From Trichomonas gallinae (taxonomy: Eukaryota), in NCBI GenBank assembly GCA_008369845.1, contig MRSU01007186.1:1-64000 (forward strand): a stretch of DNA of 64,000 bases, written 5' to 3'. A program made the position numbers and the translations under genes. How positions within the stretch are numbered: position 1 is the first letter of the stretch; every line of letters begins with the position of its first letter. The notes beneath the pieces were generated by a model. That model saw only the letters and a list, made by a program, of their open reading frames with translations. It did not search any database and had not been told where the DNA came from. Below, in pieces: positions 54,976 through 64,000 of the stretch.

Positions 54976-55352
54976 AAATCAAACTTTTTTTCTTTCCGTT
55001 TCTTGAATTAGTACTAATTTGAACAACTTAATGATACACTAAAGTTTATTTCCCGCGAAAGATATCAAACTATCATATCAAATTAAACGACTTTTTTAAC
55101 CATGAAACATCTGACATCTTACCTTACAGTTTGGCTGTCAATGAATGTTTTATTCAATAATTTGATATTATCGAATAATTTTTAATGAATTAAAATCCGA
55201 TGCACCCCCTTATTAAAATTTTGACATATGTATATTTACATGTCATTTTTATTATTTACATGACATATTTAAATCATATTTCGATTTCGTCAAAATAGAC
55301 TAAATATGATTTTAAACAACAGCTAACAATCATATTTTTTCATTTTAATTAA

Positions 55353-56360
55353 ATGGAGGAAGAAGAATATGAAGTTACAAGTATCAATGCTATTAATATT
55401 CCTCCAGAATACAATCAGATCTTCTTTAAAGTTAAGTGGAGTGCAGATGGCGGTGAAACTTGGGAGCCAGAGTCAAATCTCGATCAATGTCAAATTGTTT
55501 TACAAGATTTTTTTAATAATTGCCCACAAGCAATCGAAATATACAACAATTTCAAGATAAAAGAGGCAATTGAGAAAGGTTTGCCTTTACCAAAACTTGC
55601 AAAAAAAATGAGCATCAAAAAACTTAAGGCAAAACTTAAAAAAGAAAAGACAAAAAAGCAAACAATGCAGACAAGAAGCCAGAGGAGGTTTAGAAACTCA
55701 TCCTCTTCAGTTTCTGAAGAATCCGAATTTGAAAACTTCGCTGAAAATATAACAGACACTCCTTCAATACCAATTTTACCAGTTTCTAAAACGAAAAACC
55801 AAGATATTTCCAAGGATTTACAAATTGAAGTTCAACCACCTGAATTTGAACAAACATATCCGAATTTAGCTATTGAAAATGATGACACAGATGAAAAAGA
55901 ATCGAATGCAATTGAAGAAACTGTAAACGAACCAATACCAGAAGATAATGAATCCGAATCTTCGGAATCAATCGAAGATTTAATACGCAACTCTGGAAAA
56001 AGCTATACATTTTCTACAGAATCAAGTGAATCCGATGAAATTGAAAGCTTGTCAGTTTTTGAATCAGATGATGATATACAAACCGAAAATGGCTTCAAAA
56101 TAGAATGTGAAAATTGTTTTCCTAATACGAATGAGTTCTATAGTACAAATTTACCAGATAATCCTTCAAGTTATAATTTACCAAATCAGTTTTGCATTAA
56201 CACTTTAAAAATCACTCATATATATAGAATTCTAACTTCAGACAGTTATGCTGTATCAATAAAAGTCGCAGATGAAGAAGGCGAATTTACTGTTCCCTTT
56301 GATGTTGCGCGTTATGTTAGTCCTCACAAGCTCATCGACGCCCTACTCGAAGAATTTTAG
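55353..56360 (+). CDS. Chromodomain protein with HP1-like architecture
   Basis: N-terminal EEYEV..FKVKW..TWEPESNL, a basic hinge, and a C-terminal chromo-shadow-like VPFDVARYVSPHKLIDALLEEF. Inr TCATT at 55340. Confidence 0.85.
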   Translation: MEEEEYEVTSINAINIPPEYNQIFFKVKWSADGGETWEPESNLDQCQIVLQDFFNNCPQAIEIYNNFKIKEAIEKGLPLPKLAKKMSIKKLKAKLKKEKTKKQTMQTRSQRRFRNSSSSVSEESEFENFAENITDTPSIPILPVSKTKNQDISKDLQIEVQPPEFEQTYPNLAIENDDTDEKESNAIEETVNEPIPEDNESESSESIEDLIRNSGKSYTFSTESSESDEIESLSVFESDDDIQTENGFKIECENCFPNTNEFYSTNLPDNPSSYNLPNQFCINTLKITHIYRILTSDSYAVSIKVADEEGEFTVPFDVARYVSPHKLIDALLEEF

Positions 56361-56750
56361 TTTGTTATGTTATTTGTAAGTAATAAAATAGAAAATTTAA
56401 ATATTAGCACAAAATTATGAATTCACAATAGTATTGTATGTAGTGTCAGGTATTTCTGCAATTTCCATACTTAATTTTATTCTATTTTCATTTTGAATTT
56501 CAGAATCTGAGAATGAAATTCGAAAATTGGTTTTGGAAGATGTTAATATGTTGGATTTATTGTGTATGATGTGTATATCATTGCCTCGAATGCATTCTAT
56601 GGCAGATATGATTTTTTAAGGAAAATTATTAAATAATTATGCTAAAGTATAGTAAAAACATGTTTACCGACTCAATTTTTTGATAAAATAATAAATAAAA
56701 TATCCACGAATTTTATAAATAAAAAATAAAAATTAAAATAAGAATATTCC

Positions 56751-59700
56751 TTACAACTTGAGGTTGAATACGCTTGCGAAGTACTTTCCGTCTGTATTGT
56801 TCTTTTCTCCTTCCTCTTTCTTGTAATCCCTGAACATTTCGACGAATATCTTTCCCATGTACTTGACTTCGTATCTGCCTGTGATGAGCAACTCTGGAGC
56901 ATATTCGTCCATTTTGGTGAGCAAAGAGTCCAAGTTCTCGAAAGGCTCCAGTGGCATCTTATCGAATTCTTTCTTATTGGCAACTGATGTTGGTGTAACT
57001 GCCAAGCTCTTTTGGCTATTGTCAACGGCAACAGGCGAGAAGAACAATGGCGGGAAGTTCGATGGATTGTCGAATGAGAATGAGATGCATTTTCTCTCTG
57101 GTTTAGGAACTTCTATGTATTTAGGTGTTGATTTATCATCTTTCTCCTTCTCAGCAATGCCGACGCCTTTAGTGTTGATTGTCTGCAGCAAAGAGTTCTT
57201 CGTTGGAGCGTTTTCTGGGTTATCATCTTCAGCTGCTTCTCTCGCGATGTGTTCTATGTGGCATCCTTGTATGCTCTTAGCGTTGTTCGCGATTGTTATG
57301 CACGCGAGATAGACAGGATCGTATCTGTGTCTGCCTAAAGCCATCTTCACGTGATCGAAAATGTCGATGACGTCAGCAATGCTTTCGTTCGTTAAGTTCT
57401 TTGTTCCGCATTCGACGACTTTGATCTTCAGCGAGTGTGCGCCAACTGCTCTTGTTGTAGATAGCTGCTTGAGCCACTTGGCCATAACATCTGTCTGTGA
57501 CATGTGATCTGACAACTCGGCGAAGAATGATTTGTCATCTAGTGGGAATAATTCTTCGAGCGGTGGAAGCAAAATCGCGAGTTGAAGAGCTCCGTTGTCT
57601 CCAGCGAGTCTAGGATACTTTGATAGTCTCGAAAGCAAAACGACAAGGAGAGGAATGCATGTCTTTGTGAATGTTGAGTGAGCGAGATATGAAATGAATC
57701 CGTTGAATGATGGCGGTATAGTGATTGCGACTTCCTTCATTGTCTGCTCGTCATTGAAAAGAGCAGCCAAAATCTTGAGGAGCTGGTCGATGATATTTAA
57801 GCTTTTAGTGCACTGTAATAACATTGCAGCCAACCAGAATAACTCAGAAAGAGTGTTTTCTGATCTGCCGTTTGACAACAACTTATTAATAGCTGCTGAC
57901 AATGTCTCTGTGACGACTTCAATGTAGTTCTGCGCCGTCACTGAATCATCAGCGAGTGGCTTTTCATATAACATGTTTGCTGCGTCTGCCAAAGCTTTCG
58001 TTAATGCGAGGATTCCGTCTGTAGTAACTGGTGTCAAAACTTTGCCGTATAAAAGTGCTCCTCTTGTCGCCAAGCCCAGATCCGAGCAGCAGCAGGCCCA
58101 TCTGAGGCACTCCTGGCCGAAAACAGTCTTCAGCTCACCGATCAGCTGGTCCATGAATTCTCCTGTCTGTACGAAATTAGGAGCAAACTTCAGGATGAGC
58201 GGTGCAGCTGATTCAGTGTATAAATCGATGTTGATGAGAATGAAGGCCAAAATTCTCGCCTTGTGGAATGGCAGAATGTTTGTGACGTTTGCCAAAACAG
58301 CCAGCAATATTTCTATAACTTCTACGTAAGAAAATGTTCTGATGTCATTGTTGTGCTTCGCGAAGTAATGATAGCCGGAAATGCCAATGCAGTCGCCAAT
58401 CAAATCAACAGTTCTCTCTGGCCATGTGTTAATCAAAGCGTGCAACATAGCAGATCGCTGATCCATTTCGCCAGCAGATGCATCACTGAGAAGCATCCTG
58501 TAGAACAAGACAGTCAAAATGTCTTGTGTGAATCTTTCCTGAGATGAAACAATCTTCGTGATAATAGTGAAAGTAGATGGGGAACTTGGAAGTGCTACGA
58601 CAGCATCAATGAATGAAAGAGGAGTGAATGCGTAGAAAGCTGGATCTCCTTGCTTTAAGACTTGAGAACGCGGTGAGACAGAAACAGATGTGATCCACGG
58701 TGATAACAGTTGTGAAAGGGCTGGAATTCTCGGCCATTTCATGATAAACTTGAAGACTGTAGAAACAAACTGTTCTGTCGCGAAAACGTGAGTAGTTGCC
58801 AATGTTGTAGAAAGCATGCAGACGGCTCCACCCGAAAGATGAGAGTGTCTTGAAGAGATAATTGATTTGATGGAATCTAAAGCATCCAAGATTTCGTTGA
58901 CTTTGTCTGGTTGCCTCAGCATTGATAATGTGCCAAGTGCAACATTGGCGAAAAGCGTCAATGCTCTCAAGTGTTGTTCTCTTTCTATGTCTGTATTTGC
59001 CAGATAAGCCAATGCGATTGCCAGCAACGCGCCTGTCTTCTGGAAGATTGCCTCTGAGAGCTCTGGATTAGAGTCCTCTGAGCCGTATTCGAGGATGTGG
59101 TTCTTCCATTCCGCGATAGAAACGAAAGGCCTGAATAACAATGCTATAGCTTCGAAGAAAACTTCGCTTGTCGTGTTTCTCTTCGGGTGGCATGACTCTT
59201 CGATATACTTAGGAAGCTGCTTGATGTCGTTGTGAAGGAACGCGGCTAAAACATGAGACGAGAATTTCTTCGCGTGGTTTGAATATTTCGCGAATAAGCT
59301 TTCGTTCGGTGTCGCAACCTTCAACATGTCACTCAACGTCTCTGTCGCCAGTTGCTCAAATTGTGTCGGAAGCATTAAGCAGACCCATGGCAACCACTTG
59401 TCTTTGTCGAATGCGTTAGAGTCCAAATACGGCTCAGCCTCGAATGGGCCAGGAAGTGACTTCGCGTGATTGGAGTAGTACAGTTTCGCGATGTGTCTGA
59501 GTGTGATTAAAACGTTCGAAATGAAGCCTGTTAAATGCGGCATCGTGTCGAACTGCTTGAGAGAGATTTGGTTGTTAGAATCAATGAGATTAATCTGGTA
59601 GATGTGGTTTGAAATCTTGTCTAAAATGTCCAACAAAAATGGGAAATATTTGTCTTCTTCTTTGACTTGTTTGAACTCTTCTGATGATGTGACACGCATA

Positions 59701-62330
59701 GCTGCGAATGATATCGAATAAAGACTCCATGGGTCCTTTGTATTCAGTGAAAGAATCTCTGTGCAGCTGCCTAATGCAATTGTCGAGAATAATGCGCCGT
59801 GTTGTGACGGATTATTTTCATCGTTGTTGCGGGAGAATCTGTGCAAAATGATCATGAGTGTCGGATTGTTGTTCTTGTCAAGTAAATCAGGAGTAATTGA
59901 ATTTGTTATAATTAATGTAGCATTTCTTGACAAAATTCCATCAGCACCATTCACCAAGTTTCCTTTGATGATTTGTGTAAGGATTAAGTGAAGTCCACTG
60001 CGATTTTCTGTTGAAATTCCTTTAACAAGGTGATGAGCAATTTGCGCGATGTGGAACATGTAAATATATCCATATGTTGATGTGATAACGTCGTTAAACG
60101 ATATATCAGGAAGATCTGGCTCAAGAACTGGATCCAACTGATTTTGAATCGTAATTAAAGCGTCTGTATTGATTCTTTCTTCGTTCTCTTGGATAATTTC
60201 GTAGATGATTTTGTAGGAATATGCTGTCCTTTGCTTAGCTTCTATAAGATATTTTGCGAAACGAATTGCTGTAGTGCGAATTATGTAAGAAGAAGAGCAG
60301 ATACCAACAACTAAGAGGTAGTTGATATTTGTAAGAGCATCATCTGTTAATCTTACGTCAGATTCGATTGACATTTCGAAAAGATGGTGAACGAGTACGA
60401 TTGTAATGAAGAGACCAAGGTTAGAGCATCCATTTGTCGAAGATAACATGTTTTCAAACAGAATGTTGATGATTTCTGAGAATTTCGAATATTTATATGC
60501 GATAATTTCGAGAGCTAAGATTGAAGAGATAGCGTTTCTAGGAGACATAGATGCCAAAGATGATATCATCGATTTCAAAGGAATGTTTTCGTAAGGAATT
60601 TCTGGCATTATTGATGTTAACTGCAAAATCGATTCATCAACGATGCCATCACTCATCGTAAACGAGAGATTTGAGTCGTTAACAGCGAAAGCGTCTGGTT
60701 TGTTCTTGATTCTCAATGATTTCTGCCAACGATTTAATTGCATTGCAATAGTTTTCGTTGGCTGAATGTTGTAGGAAATCGGATGACTTGCATCGAGGAT
60801 CTTAGCTATGACGGCTTCGACGCTTAAATCGTATTCATTGCAAAGAGATTGCGCTGATTGCCACATGAAAAGCTGATTCGTGTTTGCTGAGTTCTTTGAG
60901 TATGATTCTAATGTTCCTGCGCATTGTCTAGCAAATATGCGGATTATTTCTACCTTATCACCTTGATATTTGCTGTCTTTGTTGATTAATTTCTGAACAG
61001 CAATGCAAACGCCTTCCATGTTATCAGGGAAGAAAGGAGTCTGCAGGAATTTAAGCAAATGCTTCACGAAATTGGATCCTGAGATAACAGCAATTTGAAT
61101 AATAAATCTAGATAATTCATTTTGTGCGTATTTGAATGATTTGTGGTAGTCTTGGACCAACTTGATTGTGTAATCTATAAATGCCTGGTCGGCTCTCGGA
61201 TTATTCAGCTGCCAGAAGAAATTTACGCCATTATTTAATGCGTGAGGCGTAGCATAGTTTAATCCGTTAATAAATTGCTGCAATTGGATGATGGACGAAA
61301 AACCTCCAGAAACCTCGCCTATGATTGGTTCAACATACTTCTTACAGTAGTCAACATATTTTTGCGCCATCTTTTTATGCGTTGAAAAGTTGTAAAGAAG
61401 GGCGTGGAACTGGTGTCCATAACCGAGATACCCTTTAGTTCCCGTATAACTTTTCGTGAAATTATTTGCTTTATAAATGAAATCGCTATTGGAAAGAGAT
61501 TGATCGCCAGCCAAGATCTGGCCTACGAAATTTGTGAGACATTGAAACATCGCTTCGATCGTAGAAGGAGGAACTTCTTTCTTTTTGTAATATTTCTGAA
61601 ATATTTCGATATAGTTCTCTAAAACTTTGGAATTGAAATTGTTTCTTTCGGTAATTGTAATTTCTGAAAAGACTCTAAAGAAAATTTCGATCTGTATTGG
61701 AGTAAATGTTATTAAATTGCTTAATCTTGTAAGAAATTCTCTGCAAATATCGTTATTAGTGTTTTCCGAGAGAACTGATATGCAGTGAGCGTAGATAGTT
61801 CCCGGAATCAAGTCAAAACGATGAATATGATCTGGTTTTGTCGAATCTATGTAACTGTAGATATGTCTGGCCATAAAAGTTTTTTCATCATCCGAAACAT
61901 TGTTTCCTATTTCGAGACGGATGGAAAAGAACATAGCTTTCACTATTTCAACCATCGTATTTATCGATAACTTGCCCCAAATCGATTTTGCATGCTCTGG
62001 TGGCAATCTCTGAATTAGGGGATTGACAGGTGTCGAGTCATCATCGATTGTATCCTCATAATTAACTTTCGGAAATGCTAAATCAATTAATTTGAAAGTA
62101 TCAATGAACGCATTTGCTGAAACTCCGACGATTTGCGTGATAACCTTTTTAAGTCCATAGTCTCTAACCCAAAAATCGGTCAGAAATTTCTCGAATTCAG
62201 AAAATCCCGTAGGATTTTCCTGCAATTCCTTGGGAATACTCGAGACCATCTCCTGGCTTATCCATGACATAGTGCTAGATAATAGGGAATTGTCAATATA
62301 AGCCTGAAGAATACTTTTCGTTGACTTCAT
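56751..62330 (-). CDS. Furry/Tao3/Mor2-like HEAT scaffold
   Basis: LLSPWITSV, CLRWACCCSDLGLATRGALLYGKVLTP, NYIEVVTETL and ELFWLAAMLL resemble the Furry/MOR2-PAG1 central and C-terminal blocks as I recall them. Confidence 0.65.
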   Translation of the reverse strand: MKSTKSILQAYIDNSLLSSTMSWISQEMVSSIPKELQENPTGFSEFEKFLTDFWVRDYGLKKVITQIVGVSANAFIDTFKLIDLAFPKVNYEDTIDDDSTPVNPLIQRLPPEHAKSIWGKLSINTMVEIVKAMFFSIRLEIGNNVSDDEKTFMARHIYSYIDSTKPDHIHRFDLIPGTIYAHCISVLSENTNNDICREFLTRLSNLITFTPIQIEIFFRVFSEITITERNNFNSKVLENYIEIFQKYYKKKEVPPSTIEAMFQCLTNFVGQILAGDQSLSNSDFIYKANNFTKSYTGTKGYLGYGHQFHALLYNFSTHKKMAQKYVDYCKKYVEPIIGEVSGGFSSIIQLQQFINGLNYATPHALNNGVNFFWQLNNPRADQAFIDYTIKLVQDYHKSFKYAQNELSRFIIQIAVISGSNFVKHLLKFLQTPFFPDNMEGVCIAVQKLINKDSKYQGDKVEIIRIFARQCAGTLESYSKNSANTNQLFMWQSAQSLCNEYDLSVEAVIAKILDASHPISYNIQPTKTIAMQLNRWQKSLRIKNKPDAFAVNDSNLSFTMSDGIVDESILQLTSIMPEIPYENIPLKSMISSLASMSPRNAISSILALEIIAYKYSKFSEIINILFENMLSSTNGCSNLGLFITIVLVHHLFEMSIESDVRLTDDALTNINYLLVVGICSSSYIIRTTAIRFAKYLIEAKQRTAYSYKIIYEIIQENEERINTDALITIQNQLDPVLEPDLPDISFNDVITSTYGYIYMFHIAQIAHHLVKGISTENRSGLHLILTQIIKGNLVNGADGILSRNATLIITNSITPDLLDKNNNPTLMIILHRFSRNNDENNPSQHGALFSTIALGSCTEILSLNTKDPWSLYSISFAAMRVTSSEEFKQVKEEDKYFPFLLDILDKISNHIYQINLIDSNNQISLKQFDTMPHLTGFISNVLITLRHIAKLYYSNHAKSLPGPFEAEPYLDSNAFDKDKWLPWVCLMLPTQFEQLATETLSDMLKVATPNESLFAKYSNHAKKFSSHVLAAFLHNDIKQLPKYIEESCHPKRNTTSEVFFEAIALLFRPFVSIAEWKNHILEYGSEDSNPELSEAIFQKTGALLAIALAYLANTDIEREQHLRALTLFANVALGTLSMLRQPDKVNEILDALDSIKSIISSRHSHLSGGAVCMLSTTLATTHVFATEQFVSTVFKFIMKWPRIPALSQLLSPWITSVSVSPRSQVLKQGDPAFYAFTPLSFIDAVVALPSSPSTFTIITKIVSSQERFTQDILTVLFYRMLLSDASAGEMDQRSAMLHALINTWPERTVDLIGDCIGISGYHYFAKHNNDIRTFSYVEVIEILLAVLANVTNILPFHKARILAFILINIDLYTESAAPLILKFAPNFVQTGEFMDQLIGELKTVFGQECLRWACCCSDLGLATRGALLYGKVLTPVTTDGILALTKALADAANMLYEKPLADDSVTAQNYIEVVTETLSAAINKLLSNGRSENTLSELFWLAAMLLQCTKSLNIIDQLLKILAALFNDEQTMKEVAITIPPSFNGFISYLAHSTFTKTCIPLLVVLLSRLSKYPRLAGDNGALQLAILLPPLEELFPLDDKSFFAELSDHMSQTDVMAKWLKQLSTTRAVGAHSLKIKVVECGTKNLTNESIADVIDIFDHVKMALGRHRYDPVYLACITIANNAKSIQGCHIEHIAREAAEDDNPENAPTKNSLLQTINTKGVGIAEKEKDDKSTPKYIEVPKPERKCISFSFDNPSNFPPLFFSPVAVDNSQKSLAVTPTSVANKKEFDKMPLEPFENLDSLLTKMDEYAPELLITGRYEVKYMGKIFVEMFRDYKKEEGEKNNTDGKYFASVFNLKL

Positions 62331-62357
62331 AATTTTTTTTTATAAATTCAATTTTTG

Positions 62358-62370
62358 AGTGAAAAGTGAC
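62358..62370 (-). promoter_or_regulatory. Tandem initiator elements (TCACT twice) upstream of the Furry-like gene
   Basis: The minus strand reads gtcacttttcact about 30 nt upstream of ATG 62330. A similar GTCACTTT lies upstream of ATG 27821. Confidence 0.5.
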
Positions 62371-63551
62371 GTTTCGTGCCATCAACATCGATAGATAATA
62401 CACTCCAAAGTCATTTTGTTTTTTAAAACGGTTGTGGGAGGTTTTTCATTCAAAAAAAATTATCAAATCGAATACATCGGATTTTTTGTTGCATAATGGA
62501 TAGCACACAGATGTCAAAAAATGAAGATAATTTTACAATATTTTGAAATTGTCATTTATCATCCTCATATATTTTAGATTTTGATTTAATTTTTGATTTT
62601 TATAACGATTAATTTTGAATTAAAAATAATCGTACCTAATTGTTTATTATTACATTTATATTTATTCATAATACAAATGCAAAAATAAATACGATGTATT
62701 TTTGAATTTGACACATTTTTGATTAAATTTTGACACTTTTGGCAAAAATTTTCACTCAAATTTAGCATAATTTAACTATCCATCTATAGATGTGAAAATA
62801 TTAAATTTTGATAATTCATTAAACAAGGAACTGACTCAAGTAAACAGCATGATATTGAAATGCACTACTTATCATACATCCATTTCACATGACAAATCAT
62901 TTCAATTTCTTTTCCTTTCATGAATCGAATTGATTTCCATATCAAATTTCAGATATTTTGATAAATTTCTTTCATTAAATTCTACTTTATCATGCATATA
63001 ATCAATATACTAAGCATATTTGCCTGCATGTAATAAATTGATCCACAACCACATAAACTGATCATTTGCCATGTAAAATATATTTGATTGCATCAAAAAT
63101 TCACTCAATTTCTGACATTTGTCAAAAACTCACCAGGTTATAATTCGACATCTACTAGTGTAGGTGATTAGAAATGAACTTAGCTAGTAAGAAAAAGTTA
63201 TAGTATAGTATACATACTATATACATGAGAGAAATTAAATCTGATTTATTGGATTTTCTAGGAGAATAATCGAAATTAAAATTTGCTTCGACAAAAAAAA
63301 TATTTCAGTCAAATATTTCAATAAAAAAACTGACATGTAAAGTTAGAAATTCATGATACTTTTTTAATGGATAATTTGTATATACCAGTGATTATTGTCG
63401 AATTATTAAGATATCTTAAAAATTAAAAAGTGCCATGAATCAGAATAATATTTTCCAATTTTTGCATATTTTAATACCCGTTTGGTGTTAAGAAACCCAT
63501 GGATTGGATTCAATTTCAAAAAAATTGTGAAGTTGGAAATTTAAAAAAAAA

Positions 63552-64000
63552 ATGAATGACTTATCAGTCAAATGCGTAATTGTTGGTGCTACAAGTGTTG
63601 GAAAGACATCGATAGTCAGTGTGATTGTCAATGGTGATATTCCAGAAGAATACATGCCAACACTCGGCGCATCTTATGAACTGAAATGTCTGGAATACGA
63701 AGGCCATGAAGTTCGTGTACAATTTTGGGATACCGCTGGCCAAGAAAAGTTCCAATCCATGGCTCCAATGTACTACAGAAATGCTTCTGTTGCATTAGTT
63801 GTTTTTGCTCTTGATGACATTCAGTCTTTCGAAAAGGTTGACTTCTGGGTCAAATCAATACGCGATAATACAGAGAACGTCAAGATTATTCTTGTCGCAA
63901 ATAAATCTGATCTTGATAAGATGGTAAGTCAAGAAGCAGCTATTAGTTTAGCAGATAGGTTATCCCTTGAGTTTGTTACTGTCTCCGCTAAGACTCATCA
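63552..64000 (+). CDS. Rab GTPase (Rab5/21-like clade), truncated by the window end and missing from the ORF track
   Basis: Manual translation: MNDLSVKCVIVGATSVGKTS..PTLGASY..IWDTAGQEKFQSMAPMYYRNA..ANKSD..VSAKT. Confidence 0.93.
   Translation, partial: MNDLSVKCVIVGATSVGKTSIVSVIVNGDIPEEYMPTLGASYELKCLEYEGHEVRVQFWDTAGQEKFQSMAPMYYRNASVALVVFALDDIQSFEKVDFWVKSIRDNTENVKIILVANKSDLDKMVSQEAAISLADRLSLEFVTVSAKTH

Noticed and set aside
279..61970. Numerous antisense and overlapping short ORFs in the track
   Set aside because: They are shadows of real genes with biased codon usage and have no recognisable motifs.
1..64000. Spliceosomal introns or a non-standard genetic code
   Set aside because: No trichomonad branch/3' signature (CTAAC..ACAG) was seen at a useful position. 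TAA, TAG and TGA all terminate apparently complete genes.

Overview
AT-rich, gene-dense, apparently intron-free eukaryotic DNA using the standard code. It is almost certainly from a trichomonad (Parabasalia, Trichomonas-like). The evidence is a Trichomonas-type transmembrane PAS adenylate cyclase, a BspA-like LRR gene, an SHMT with a hydrogenosomal-type leader, decayed ankyrin-family genes and TCA(C/T)(T/A) initiator elements. About 27 protein-coding loci are present. Recognisable ones are PNO1, SHMT, a NEK1-like kinase, an importin-beta-family protein, a Myb-like factor, an Arl2-like GTPase, PNGase, two glycosyltransferases, a chromodomain (HP1-like) protein, a Furry/Tao3-like scaffold, a TOR-derived protein and a Rab that runs off the window end. 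No rRNA, tRNA, CRISPR array or intact transposon was seen. The main observations are: (1) a recurrent intergenic motif TGNCRYRTAAW, often phased about 20 bp apart and tandemly amplified upstream of many genes; (2) a full-length TOR homologue whose catalytic motifs are destroyed; (3) a protein with three UBR zinc fingers and a metallothionein-like Cys/His repeat; (4) ankyrin-gene debris in several intergenic spacers. All family calls come from motif recognition by eye, not database searches.
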